This document shows positions 8,993 through 18,179 of a stretch of 54,476 nt of DNA, piece after piece. Source of the stretch: Deltaproteobacteria bacterium (GTDB lineage: Bacteria; Desulfobacterota; Dissulfuribacteria; Dissulfuribacterales; UBA3076); assembly GCA_011042225.1 (NCBI GenBank), contig DQXT01000056.1:1-54476 (forward strand), in the 5' to 3' direction. The translations under genes were made by a program, and so were the position numbers. The number at the start of each line of letters is the position of its first letter. Position 1 is the first letter of the stretch. The notes under the pieces are model-generated. The model saw nothing but the letters and a program-made list of their open reading frames with translations, was not told where the DNA came from and did not search any database.

Positions 8993-9940
8993 TCAGCCAT
9001 TAAACATTTTTCCAGAACCGCATCCTCGCCAAAGTCTTTTTACCTCCCCAACCAACCTTAGATCAACATCAACAGGCCTACCTGCTACTGTAAGATACCC
9101 GCCGATAAGCATCGCATCCGCCCCTGCCCAAAAGGCAAGACCTTGGAAATCCATCAATGCTGATTCCCTGCCTCCTGCAATTCTTATAGCCTTGTCCGGA
9201 AAAATCAGTCTGAACATTGCTATAGACCGCAGTATCTCCTCTACTGTCATTGCGGCCTGAGAAGCCAGGGGGGTACCTGGAACCGGGATCAGAATATTCA
9301 ATGGAATGGAATCTACCTCCAGGCCAGCCAGTGTGAGGGCCATTGAGATCCTGTCTTCAGCAGACTCTCCAATGCCTATAATCCCGCCTGAGCAAACATC
9401 AAGCCCTATCTCCTTCGCTTTATGAATAGTGGAGATACGGTCTTTAAAACTATGTGTGGAGATTACCTTGGGGAAAAATGCCTCTGACGTCTCAATATTG
9501 TGGTGGTAACGACTAAGACCGGCTGACTTAAGGGTTGCAAGCGCTGCGGAATCCAAAATGCCAAAAGATGCGCAAACACTTATACCCACATAGGTCCTTA
9601 TCTGCTCTATTCGCACTGCCAGATCATCTACTTCAGACATGGAAAGACCCCGTCCACTGGTTACAAGACTGAATCTGGCCGCGCCTGCATCTCTGGCCTT
9701 TGTTGCCGCTTTCAAAATTTCATCTGTCGATTTTATGGGAAAGACTGGGCTGCCTGTCCTGTATCTGGAGGACTGGGCACAAAATGCGCAGTCCTCAGAA
9801 CACCTTCCGGACTTTACATTCATTATTGTACACAGAGAAAAACGATCACCCCTGTCCCTCAACTTTGCATCAAGGGCCAATGCCATCAGATCAGACAGCG
9901 GCATCTTCAACAAATCACGGATTTTATCAATGCTGTACAT
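8993..9940 (-). CDS. bioB: Biotin synthase BioB (radical SAM)
   Basis: CSEDCAFCAQ radical-SAM CxxxCxxC motif, followed by the typical BioB motifs (FSLVTSGRG, YHHNIETS, CSGGIIGIGES). Confidence 0.95.
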   Translation of the reverse strand: MYSIDKIRDLLKMPLSDLMALALDAKLRDRGDRFSLCTIMNVKSGRCSEDCAFCAQSSRYRTGSPVFPIKSTDEILKAATKARDAGAARFSLVTSGRGLSMSEVDDLAVRIEQIRTYVGISVCASFGILDSAALATLKSAGLSRYHHNIETSEAFFPKVISTHSFKDRISTIHKAKEIGLDVCSGGIIGIGESAEDRISMALTLAGLEVDSIPLNILIPVPGTPLASQAAMTVEEILRSIAMFRLIFPDKAIRIAGGRESALMDFQGLAFWAGADAMLIGGYLTVAGRPVDVDLRLVGEVKRLWRGCGSGKMFNG

Positions 9941-9950
9941 TAATTTTAAA

Positions 9951-11336
9951 CTACAGACTCAATCCAGAGATAACCTCAAAACTCCGATCGAGGATATCTT
10001 CTATCTGATCCACTGTTACCGAAAGTGGAAGAAAAAGATAAACTATATCGTTTAAGGGCCTGAGTATCAGTCCTTTTTTTAATCCATCTTTATAAATCAT
10101 CTGCCCTACCCTTTTTTCAGGCGGAAACATGGTCCCGGTCTTCCGATCCATGACCAGTTCAAAAGCAGCCACCATGCCGATACCTCTGACATCTCCAACG
10201 AAAGGCAGCTTTCTAAAGCCTTTAATGCCGGACTGGAAAACACTGATTTTATCCTGCAACCCATTAAGCACATTCTCTTGCTCAAATACCTCCAAAGAGG
10301 CCAAAGCAGCTGCAGATGCCAAAGGATTACCCGTAAAAGTATGACCATGGAAAAACGTCCTTCCTTCTCGGTAGTCGGCATAAAAGGCGTTATATACCTC
10401 GTCAGTAGTTATAGTGGCTGCCATGGGGATATATCCGGCGGTCAGCCCCTTTGAAAGACATAAAAAATCAGGACTTATCCCGGCGTGTTCAAGGGCGAAC
10501 ATCCGCCCGGTCCGCCCGAAGCCAGTGGCAACTTCGTCCAGAATCAGATGGATCCCGTAGTTAGAAACAAGCTCGGCCAACCTTTTCAGGTATTTCACTG
10601 GATATACTATCATCCCACCCGCTGCCTGGAGCAAAGGCTCAAGTATGATTCCTGCTATCTCATGCCCTTTATCAGCAAGCAATTCATCAAGAGGACCAAG
10701 GCAGGCAAGCGAGCAGTCGAGTAATCCGGCGCCTTGACGATTTGGTGATTCAACGGTTGGTTCGGCCTTATATGGACAGCGGTAACAATACGGAGATGGT
10801 ATCCGATAGGAATCAAAGGTGAGGGTATCAAATGGGCTATTGAATGCCTTAACACCTCCAAGGCTCATGGCACCGACAGTATCACCGTGATAACCTCTTT
10901 CAAGTGAAATAAAACCTTTCCTCGCGGTCTCGCCCATATGCCTCCAGTACTGAAAGGACATATTTATTGCCACCTCACAGGCAGTAGAGCCGTTATCAGA
11001 ATAAAAAACCCGGTCCAGCCCATCAGGGGTCAAGTCAACCAGTCTTTCAGCCAGGCGAATGGCTCCCTCATGGGTAGTACCTGCGAAATGTACGTGTTCC
11101 AGTCTATCCAACTGAGCCATGATTGCGGATTTGATCATGGGATGATTGTGACCGTGAAGTATACACCACCATGAGGATATGGTGTCATAATAGCGTCGTC
11201 CCAGTGAATCAAATAGAAATATACCCTCACCCCGATCCACAAAAAGTAGATTATCCTTCTCAAAATCCTTCATCTGGGTATAAGGATGCCACAGGTATTT
11301 GCGATCGAGGTCCAGCAAATCAAGTTCGGAGTTCAT
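9951..11336 (-). CDS. bioA: Adenosylmethionine-8-amino-7-oxononanoate aminotransferase BioA
   Basis: Class III aminotransferase with the BioA N-terminus (LWHPYTQMKDF), ILDEVATGFGRTG, and the PLP lysine context LCLSKGLTAGY. It lies directly upstream of bioB. Confidence 0.9.
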   Translation of the reverse strand: MNSELDLLDLDRKYLWHPYTQMKDFEKDNLLFVDRGEGIFLFDSLGRRYYDTISSWWCILHGHNHPMIKSAIMAQLDRLEHVHFAGTTHEGAIRLAERLVDLTPDGLDRVFYSDNGSTACEVAINMSFQYWRHMGETARKGFISLERGYHGDTVGAMSLGGVKAFNSPFDTLTFDSYRIPSPYCYRCPYKAEPTVESPNRQGAGLLDCSLACLGPLDELLADKGHEIAGIILEPLLQAAGGMIVYPVKYLKRLAELVSNYGIHLILDEVATGFGRTGRMFALEHAGISPDFLCLSKGLTAGYIPMAATITTDEVYNAFYADYREGRTFFHGHTFTGNPLASAAALASLEVFEQENVLNGLQDKISVFQSGIKGFRKLPFVGDVRGIGMVAAFELVMDRKTGTMFPPEKRVGQMIYKDGLKKGLILRPLNDIVYLFLPLSVTVDQIEDILDRSFEVISGLSL

Positions 11337-12825
11337 ATTGATTAACCTTTATAAAAGAACCGGATTCCAAAGGCCGGTCCAGAGTTTCTTGAAGAAAAGA
11401 AGTAAGATCAACCCGGTTTCCATTGTGCCACCAGCAACGGAGGATATTGCCGGTCTCAGGATTCCTCATCCAATCAGCTCCAGCGGTTTCGGACAGATAT
11501 TCTGATAGACAGGCGGATCCTATAAATGCCTGGAAGTAATCCAGGGAATAAAAATCAGGCATGAGATCAAAAAGATAGGTCTCCGGATCATAGTAAAAGC
11601 CGGATTCCCTTTTCATCACTTCCGAGTAAAAGGGCTGTCCCCTTTTTAGTCGACCGAGGCGGAAATTCTCCACTTCAATAACCAGTTTCGTGGCGTAACG
11701 GCGAGTCAAAGTGAGCCACTTCATGGCATGGGCGCTTGAGACAACCTCCGCATTTTCAGAAGACAGCCCCAGAACTTCACTAAGAAATTCTCTGGACATG
11801 CACATTCTCTGAAAAAGAAAGGCAAAGGCCTCTGATAAGGCCCATGTTTGAAAGAAGTCCTTCTCTTCAGGGGAAAGCGCCGGATCTGTATAAGTGAAAC
11901 TCAGGGCGTGACCCAGTTCATGGAAGAGTGATTCCATATCCAACCAGCCCTTGATAGGTCCGGTAATGATGTGTATCTCTCCCGGTATATCCACCGGGAT
12001 ACAGTAAGACTGGCAGCCCGGAACCCCTTTTGAATGAATATGGAGTGCGGAATTCCCAATAAGGTCAATTCCCCATTTGCGAAAAAAGTCTGCAATCTTC
12101 TCGATGGTGATACTCTGAGGAAAAAGGTGATCCAGATAACGGAGTCCCAAAAGATATATGGCATCAAAACGGGAGGCAGGCTTCAGCGACATCCCTGTAA
12201 CCCTGTTCAGCCAAGGCTCGATAAAATATCTGTATGTCTCTCTGGTTTGACCGAGAAAGTCTTGGGCCTGAGATCCTGATTCTGTCAGAGAAATACCCCT
12301 TTTCCCTTCGCAAAATGCTATATATTCAGGATAACCAAGGTCGTGTTTCAGCACATTTAAAAGGGCCTTCCACGAGGCATAACTGAAAGGCATCAATAAG
12401 GCACAAATAGAGCGCACTTCTTCGGCCAGTGTATTTCTGTCCTGGTTATCGCTGGTTTCCTGGCACCATGTGATTATTTCAGTAAACGGGATATGCCGGG
12501 AACCTACCCTGGCCTTTGCTCCCCGCATCCATGTGTTAAGCACTGCCTGAAATGGTTCAATCTTTAACCGTATAAAATAATCAATTGCCTGGTAGTAAAC
12601 CCGCCCGGCAAATCCAACCGTACCAAAGGCGTGCTTTATCTTCTCAACATCCGCCAATTCCATGGGAACGAGCATATCATTTCGTTTATGCCCTGCTCCA
12701 AGATAGAGACTAAAGTCACGACTCCTTATTGCCTTGGTCATATTCAGAAGTCTTTCTATCCATTCATTACGGACATGATTTTGAAGTCCCTGCAGTCCTG
12801 ATCCAGTCATTTGTTCCTGCTTCAT
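11320..12825 (-). CDS. Putative zinc metallopeptidase (HExxH, M3/oligoendopeptidase-like), function unknown
   Basis: 501-aa ORF with a single HELGH motif (LFHELGHALSF) and no signal peptide. Its stop overlaps the bioA start by 17 nt. Confidence 0.55.
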   Translation of the reverse strand: MKQEQMTGSGLQGLQNHVRNEWIERLLNMTKAIRSRDFSLYLGAGHKRNDMLVPMELADVEKIKHAFGTVGFAGRVYYQAIDYFIRLKIEPFQAVLNTWMRGAKARVGSRHIPFTEIITWCQETSDNQDRNTLAEEVRSICALLMPFSYASWKALLNVLKHDLGYPEYIAFCEGKRGISLTESGSQAQDFLGQTRETYRYFIEPWLNRVTGMSLKPASRFDAIYLLGLRYLDHLFPQSITIEKIADFFRKWGIDLIGNSALHIHSKGVPGCQSYCIPVDIPGEIHIITGPIKGWLDMESLFHELGHALSFTYTDPALSPEEKDFFQTWALSEAFAFLFQRMCMSREFLSEVLGLSSENAEVVSSAHAMKWLTLTRRYATKLVIEVENFRLGRLKRGQPFYSEVMKRESGFYYDPETYLFDLMPDFYSLDYFQAFIGSACLSEYLSETAGADWMRNPETGNILRCWWHNGNRVDLTSFLQETLDRPLESGSFIKVNQYELRT

Positions 12826-12930
12826 GATTTATAAAATATAGATAATAGCATAAGACCATTCGAATATTAGAGCAATGGCATGTGACACACCTGCATGAAA
12901 AAATATATCCTGAAACTGTTTCCTCAAAAT

Positions 12931-12958
12931 TAAAGTATATTCGGTTTGTGTTCGATTT
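12931..12958 (+). promoter_or_regulatory. Weak sigma-28 (FliA)-like promoter candidate upstream of the chemosensory operon
   Basis: TAAAGTAT-N12-TTCGATTT compared with the consensus TAAAGTTT-N11-GCCGATAA. It lies about 50 nt upstream of the STAS gene ATG. The -10 match is only partial. Confidence 0.2.
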
Positions 12959-13008
12959 ATAACTAACACCTTAAGTAATTACATTTTTGTTGTTGGTACT
13001 GTTTCAAA

Positions 13009-13305
13009 ATGAGTGCAAGAAACTTTAGCGTGAGCCAAGACGGCCAAGGTGTTTATCACCTTGAAGGAGAACTCTCTATCCATGAACTGGATAAGGTCAA
13101 AGTCTTTCTGGAAGAGTCTCTTAAAGGCGTAGGGGAGGTTTCCCTTTCCCTTGCCAAAGTCAGATTTATTGACACTGCTGCTCTTCAGTTGCTGATTGCC
13201 TTTAAGCGACGTTTGGAACCCGGGGCCAAACTGAAAATTTCCTCTGTTTCTGATGAGGTGGAGGACATTTTGTCTCTTTGCGGTCTAAAGGCCTCATTGC
13301 TGTAA
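13009..13305 (+). CDS. STAS domain protein (anti-sigma-antagonist fold)
   Basis: 98 aa with the characteristic VRFIDTAALQLL segment of SpoIIAA/STAS domains. It is the first gene of the che operon. Confidence 0.8.
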   Translation: MSARNFSVSQDGQGVYHLEGELSIHELDKVKVFLEESLKGVGEVSLSLAKVRFIDTAALQLLIAFKRRLEPGAKLKISSVSDEVEDILSLCGLKASLL

Positions 13306-13317
13306 CAAGTATGCCAG

Positions 13318-13701
13318 ATGGAAAAACATATTCTCTTGATAGATGATTCGCCTACGATGAGGTTATCTGTTTCATTTTGTCTGCGAAATGCAGGATATAA
13401 AGTGACAGAAGCTACAGACGGCAAAGATGCCTTTCAAAAACTGCAGCTGCTAAAAGACAAAGATGATTCTCTGGCCTTAATTATCACCGACATTAATATG
13501 CCGGAGATGGATGGAATTACTTTCATATCCAAGATAAAAGAGAGCGAGCTAAAATTCCTTCCCATATTAGTCCTGACTACAGAGGATGAAGAATCCATGA
13601 TAGGTAAAGGCCGTGCCGCCGGCGTCTCGGGGTGGCTGCTGAAGCCTTTTCAACCAGAACAACTGCTCTGGGCTGTCAAGAAAGTCATGTGGTCGAAATG
13701 A
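13318..13701 (+). CDS. cheY: CheY-like single-domain response regulator
   Basis: ILLIDDSPTMR, LIITDINMPEMDG and LLKPF are present, so all canonical receiver residues are intact. Its stop overlaps the cheA start (ATGA). Confidence 0.9.
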   Translation: MEKHILLIDDSPTMRLSVSFCLRNAGYKVTEATDGKDAFQKLQLLKDKDDSLALIITDINMPEMDGITFISKIKESELKFLPILVLTTEDEESMIGKGRAAGVSGWLLKPFQPEQLLWAVKKVMWSK

Positions 13702-15827
13702 GTGGACAAGAAGAAATCTTAGATATCTTTTTCTCTGAGTCAGACGATCTGCTCAAATTGGCGGAAGAAAGTCTTCTGTCGCTCGAATCCACACCAGATT
13801 CCATGCCGGACATAGAACAGCTTTTCAGGTCGGTTCATACAATAAAGAGTAGTGCGGCAATGGTCGGATTCATGAATATTTCAGACTATGCCCACCAGCT
13901 TGAGACCCTAATGGAACGTCTTAGGTCTCATAAGCTGGATATTACAAAGAACCTTATTACCACTCTTTTAAGCTCAATAGATTTTATTCGGTCTATGATT
14001 GACAGGGTGTCTCAAGGAGAGACCGAAGCAGAGCCTGGGGTCCTCGATGAAAAAAAAGACCAGGTGAAACGCTACCTGGGGATCCAGGCCATGGATGCAC
14101 CTGAGGAGAAATCAGTCGCACCGGTCAAGGAAGCCCCCAAGGAACCCATAGAAAAATTCAGCTTTTACAGAATCGACCTTGTGTTTCGAAAGGATCTTTT
14201 CTATTCCGGCCAGGACCCGATCCTTGTCTTATCATGCCTATCGGAGCTAGCCGAATTTGTCGAGGTAGTACCTGACCTTTCTGAATTTCCCGATTTTAAA
14301 ACCTTTTGTATGTATGATCTCTATATATCCTGGCGGGTAATCATTAAGACCAAACAGCCTCTTGAGGATATTGAAGACGTCTTCATGTTTGTCAAAGACG
14401 ACAACGACATTCGTATTGAAAATATTACCAAAAACTACAGAGAGGGTATTGATATAGGACTTGCTGAAAAAAAACTGGGCGAAGTGCTACTGGAAAACGG
14501 GAAAATTACAGCGGACGTATTGACCAGTGCTTTGAACAAACAAAAAAGGCTGGGCGAGGTATTGCTGGAAGATGGGAAAATTGAGCCTAAAGAGCTTCAA
14601 AAGGTCCTGGCCCTGCAGGAGGAGAGCCGCAAGGTCTATCGTAAGACAACTATTCGTGTTGACGTGGAAAAGCTTGATAACCTGGTAAATCTGGCTGAGG
14701 AAATGGGGATTGGAGTCTCTAAAGTACTCATGTTATTTGAAAAATATACAGGCAATGGGAAAATGGAAATGCTGGAAGAAGTGGAAAATCTCCTCAAGGT
14801 GAATCGAGAATTTGAAGAACGAGTCGCCCAGGTCAGAATGTTTCCTCTGGAAGGGACCTTCCAGAGATTCCAACGCATGGTAAGGGATCTTGCTTTTAAA
14901 CAAAACAAAGAGGTCAAGGTGATATCGACCGGACTTGATACCGAATTGGACAAAGAGGTTATTGAACATATTTCAGATCCCTTAAAACACATTGTGCGAA
15001 ATTGTCTTGATCATGGCATAGAAACCGCGGAAGAAAGGCAGGCAAAGGGCAAAACGCCCTTTGGGATAATAAAATTAAAGGCCTATCAAAAAGGAGGAAG
15101 CATCTTTATTGAGATCAGTGACGACGGAAGAGGAATAAATTTGATTGACATTCAGCAAAAGGCGCTTGAAAAGGGCTGGATTCAAACGGATCAAGACTTG
15201 AGCAATGAAGACTTGCTGAAATTTATCCTTATGCCAGGATTTTCCACGAGCTCAAAAATTACGGAACTCTCTGGAAGAGGGGTTGGGATGGATGTGGTCA
15301 AGACACAGATTGATCAGCTTGGCGGCACCATAGATATAAAAACGGAAAAGGACAAGGGGACCAGGTTTACCTTATGCCTGCCTTTGACATTCGCCCTCAT
15401 GCAGGCATTGCATGTGATGGTGCATAACAATTCATACATGGTACCACTGCAGGCTGTTCTTGAAACCGAAAGGTTTGACAAGGGACTCGTAAAAAGCTTC
15501 GGGGCCGAGGAAAAGATGTACCCATTCCAAGATGATTATCTTCCTCTTATAGATATCACAAAAATACTCAATACAGGTGTGCTTTCTGCAAACGACAACA
15601 CCTCTGCTCTGGTCTTTGTAGATACAGGGAGAAAGTCCTTCGGAATACCTGTAGAGCAGGTGCTGGAACCGAGACAGATTGTTGTTAAGAATCTGGAGGC
15701 AAACTACCGCCCCGTAAAGGGGATTGCCGGTGCCAGCATCCTCGGGGATGGTTCGGTCTCACTCGTCTTAGATCTTTTAGGATTCGAAGAAATATTTTTC
15801 CAACATCCCTTTGAAGGGGCTGGATAA
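13698..15827 (+). CDS. cheA: Chemotaxis histidine kinase CheA with an atypical insert between the Hpt and dimerisation domains
   Basis: Contains Hpt (HTIKSSAAMVGF), HATPase_c (DHGIE, DDGRGI, SGRGVGMDVV, GTRFTL) and a C-terminal CheW-like domain. The start is set at ATG 13698 (MSGQEEILDIFF); the track's upstream extension overlaps cheY. Confidence 0.9.
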   Translation: MSGQEEILDIFFSESDDLLKLAEESLLSLESTPDSMPDIEQLFRSVHTIKSSAAMVGFMNISDYAHQLETLMERLRSHKLDITKNLITTLLSSIDFIRSMIDRVSQGETEAEPGVLDEKKDQVKRYLGIQAMDAPEEKSVAPVKEAPKEPIEKFSFYRIDLVFRKDLFYSGQDPILVLSCLSELAEFVEVVPDLSEFPDFKTFCMYDLYISWRVIIKTKQPLEDIEDVFMFVKDDNDIRIENITKNYREGIDIGLAEKKLGEVLLENGKITADVLTSALNKQKRLGEVLLEDGKIEPKELQKVLALQEESRKVYRKTTIRVDVEKLDNLVNLAEEMGIGVSKVLMLFEKYTGNGKMEMLEEVENLLKVNREFEERVAQVRMFPLEGTFQRFQRMVRDLAFKQNKEVKVISTGLDTELDKEVIEHISDPLKHIVRNCLDHGIETAEERQAKGKTPFGIIKLKAYQKGGSIFIEISDDGRGINLIDIQQKALEKGWIQTDQDLSNEDLLKFILMPGFSTSSKITELSGRGVGMDVVKTQIDQLGGTIDIKTEKDKGTRFTLCLPLTFALMQALHVMVHNNSYMVPLQAVLETERFDKGLVKSFGAEEKMYPFQDDYLPLIDITKILNTGVLSANDNTSALVFVDTGRKSFGIPVEQVLEPRQIVVKNLEANYRPVKGIAGASILGDGSVSLVLDLLGFEEIFFQHPFEGAG
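14472..14617 (+). other. Tandem MshEN/T2SSE_N-like 24-residue motifs inside CheA
   Basis: KLGEVLLENGKITADVLTSALNKQ, then K, then RLGEVLLEDGKIEPKELQKVLALQ. Both copies fit RLGxx[LVI][LVI]xxGx[LVI]xxxxLxxxLxxQ. The two DNA copies are also visibly similar (ctgggcgaagtgctactggaaaacgggaaaatt versus ctgggcgaggtattgctggaagatgggaaaatt). Confidence 0.55.
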
Positions 15828-15866
15828 TTATTTATAAAAGCTCGATTTATATATAAAGGTGAAGTC

Positions 15867-18179
15867 ATGATAAATTGGATAGATAAACTGCTGAAAAGAA
15901 CCGGACTTCGTGTCAAAATCCTGGTGGCGACAATTATGGTGGTCGGAGTATTTACCGGCCTTTTCCTTTATGAGGCGCTGTCTTCCTCCACTGAAAGGGC
16001 CTTGAAACAGATATCACAATCGAATCAAAGTCTGCTCAAAAACACCTACAGCGCCATCAGATATCCCATGTCTGTAGGGGACAGCAAGACAGTTGAAGCT
16101 CAATTGAAGGACGTAAAAGAGCACATGGAAGGCATTGAGGTCTATATATCGGACTTCCGCAACACCGTCATCTATGCCTCAGAAGAGGACCGCATTAATA
16201 CCAGCATTACCCACTACTTGTCTGAAAAAAAGAACCAGAAAGTACTCAGCAACGTAATAAGCACAGGTCTGCCGCCTGAAGAATCCCTTACAGAAACTGA
16301 AGATAATGAGATATTCATGGTCACCATGATGCCCCTCTTGAACGAAAGTAGTTGTCACCACTGCCACGGGACAAGTCAAAGGATACTGGGTGCCATGGTT
16401 GTGAAACACTCCGTAAAGGAGGTTTACGCGTCGCTTGCCGCAGCCAGGAATCGCCTAATCGTGTTTTCTGCAATTGAAATCATAGGGATTATACTTGTCA
16501 TTAACTTTCTGTTTAATCGACTGGTAACCCGTCGTATTACGTCTCTGGCAGAAAAAACTGGCCAGGTCTCGGCAGGCGATATAAACGTCGAAATCCACGA
16601 TGATTCCCGAGACTCCATCGGGAGGTTGGCTCGGGATTTCAACCATATGATCCGGAACATCCGCGATCGCATAGAATATGCCAACAGCCTCAGCCGAGGC
16701 ATCACGGACGCGTTTCTTATGGTCGACCCTGATATGAAGATAACCTATATAAATGATGCGGCTGCAAAACTTGCCGGAGTCCGACCTGCTGATGTTCAGG
16801 GCAAGAAAACCTGTAAAGAGGTATTCAACAGTGATATGTGCCGCACGTCATGCCCTATAAAAAGGGCCATGCAAACAGGAAAAGTCAGCGCTGGCCAGAA
16901 GGTCACCCTGAAAACCTCTGAAGGCAAAGAAATTCCCATCATGGCGAGTGGCGCTACCCTGTTGGATTCTTCCGGCAAAATCCTGGGTGGATTTGAAATT
17001 ATGCGCAATATATCCAAAGAGGTCAAGGCAGAATCTATACTCAAGAATTCTTTTCTTAAAGAAGAAGAAAAAAAGGAGAAATTACAGAGCAGGGTCGAAG
17101 ACCTTTCGAATATCTTGAACAGGGTTTCCAGGGGAGACCTGACAGTAAGAGGCAAAATTAGTAGCGAAAACGATGCAATGGACCAGTTGGTCCAAAGGAC
17201 CAACGAGACTATTGACCGCATGGAGGAGCTTATCGGACAGACGAAAAACGCAGCTCTTGCAGTGGTCAATGGGGTTCGGTACATCTCAGAAGAAAATCAG
17301 AAGCTTTCGCAGCGCACCCAGCAACAGGCCAGCACTACGGAAGAAACGAGCGGAACCGTGCAAGAACTTGTATCGGGTATTACCATGAACGCTGGCAATA
17401 CCCAGAGGGCCGACAGGCTTTCAAAGGAGGCAGTGACAGTCGCCGCAGAAGGTGGAAATACAGTTAAAAATACAACCGAGGCCATGAACGATATGGCAGA
17501 AGGTAGCCGCAAGGTAGTTGAGATGATGGATTTGATCAACGAGATAACCTTTCAGACAAGCCTTCTTTCGATCAATGCTGCCGTAGAGGCGGCAAGGGCC
17601 GGAGAGCACGGCAGGGGATTTGCCGTAGTTGCCGACGAAATTCGACGTCTTGCAAGAAGAAGCTCCAGCGCATCCAAAGATATCCAAGGCCTTGTACAAA
17701 ATATCGTGGAAAGGGCCGGCACTGGCAAGGAATGGGTCGGCCAACTGGAAAATGGTTTTAAAAAGATCATTCAAACCATTAAAGAGGCCTCTGATGCCCT
17801 TGGTGAAGTCTCCTCGGCCACACAGGAAAGCGCAAAAGGTGTAGAACAAATTGGCCAGGCAATGGGCGAGATGAGTGATGTGGTTGAACACAATGCGACA
17901 TTGGTGGATGAACTTGCAAACGCTGCAGAACATCTCAACGAAAAAGCGACCTTACTGCAAGACATGACGGATAAGTTCATTCTTAGCGACCGTTACGATA
18001 TCGAGGTTGAAGATTTTGGTTTCAAAAAAGGCATCTTGGTTTCAAAAAACGAGAGGCGGGGAAATAAACCGCTTACCACAAAGCCCCTTCGTGAAGAGCT
18101 GGCCACTCAATATCCAATTGAAGAGAAGTCCGAAGACTTTATAGGAAAAGAACTGGATGCAGGGTTTGAGGAATTTTAA
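15867..18179 (+). CDS. Methyl-accepting chemotaxis protein: periplasmic CxxCH sensor, HAMP, PAS, MA domain, C-terminal GFEEF tail
   Basis: Domain order: TM1, periplasmic domain ending in SSCHHCHG, TM2 (LIVFSAIEIIGIILVINFLF), HAMP (IGRLARDFNHMIRNI), PAS, then the conserved signalling hairpin (EITFQTSLLSINAAVEAARAGEHGRGFAVVADEIRRLA). Confidence 0.9.
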   Translation: MINWIDKLLKRTGLRVKILVATIMVVGVFTGLFLYEALSSSTERALKQISQSNQSLLKNTYSAIRYPMSVGDSKTVEAQLKDVKEHMEGIEVYISDFRNTVIYASEEDRINTSITHYLSEKKNQKVLSNVISTGLPPEESLTETEDNEIFMVTMMPLLNESSCHHCHGTSQRILGAMVVKHSVKEVYASLAAARNRLIVFSAIEIIGIILVINFLFNRLVTRRITSLAEKTGQVSAGDINVEIHDDSRDSIGRLARDFNHMIRNIRDRIEYANSLSRGITDAFLMVDPDMKITYINDAAAKLAGVRPADVQGKKTCKEVFNSDMCRTSCPIKRAMQTGKVSAGQKVTLKTSEGKEIPIMASGATLLDSSGKILGGFEIMRNISKEVKAESILKNSFLKEEEKKEKLQSRVEDLSNILNRVSRGDLTVRGKISSENDAMDQLVQRTNETIDRMEELIGQTKNAALAVVNGVRYISEENQKLSQRTQQQASTTEETSGTVQELVSGITMNAGNTQRADRLSKEAVTVAAEGGNTVKNTTEAMNDMAEGSRKVVEMMDLINEITFQTSLLSINAAVEAARAGEHGRGFAVVADEIRRLARRSSSASKDIQGLVQNIVERAGTGKEWVGQLENGFKKIIQTIKEASDALGEVSSATQESAKGVEQIGQAMGEMSDVVEHNATLVDELANAAEHLNEKATLLQDMTDKFILSDRYDIEVEDFGFKKGILVSKNERRGNKPLTTKPLREELATQYPIEEKSEDFIGKELDAGFEEF

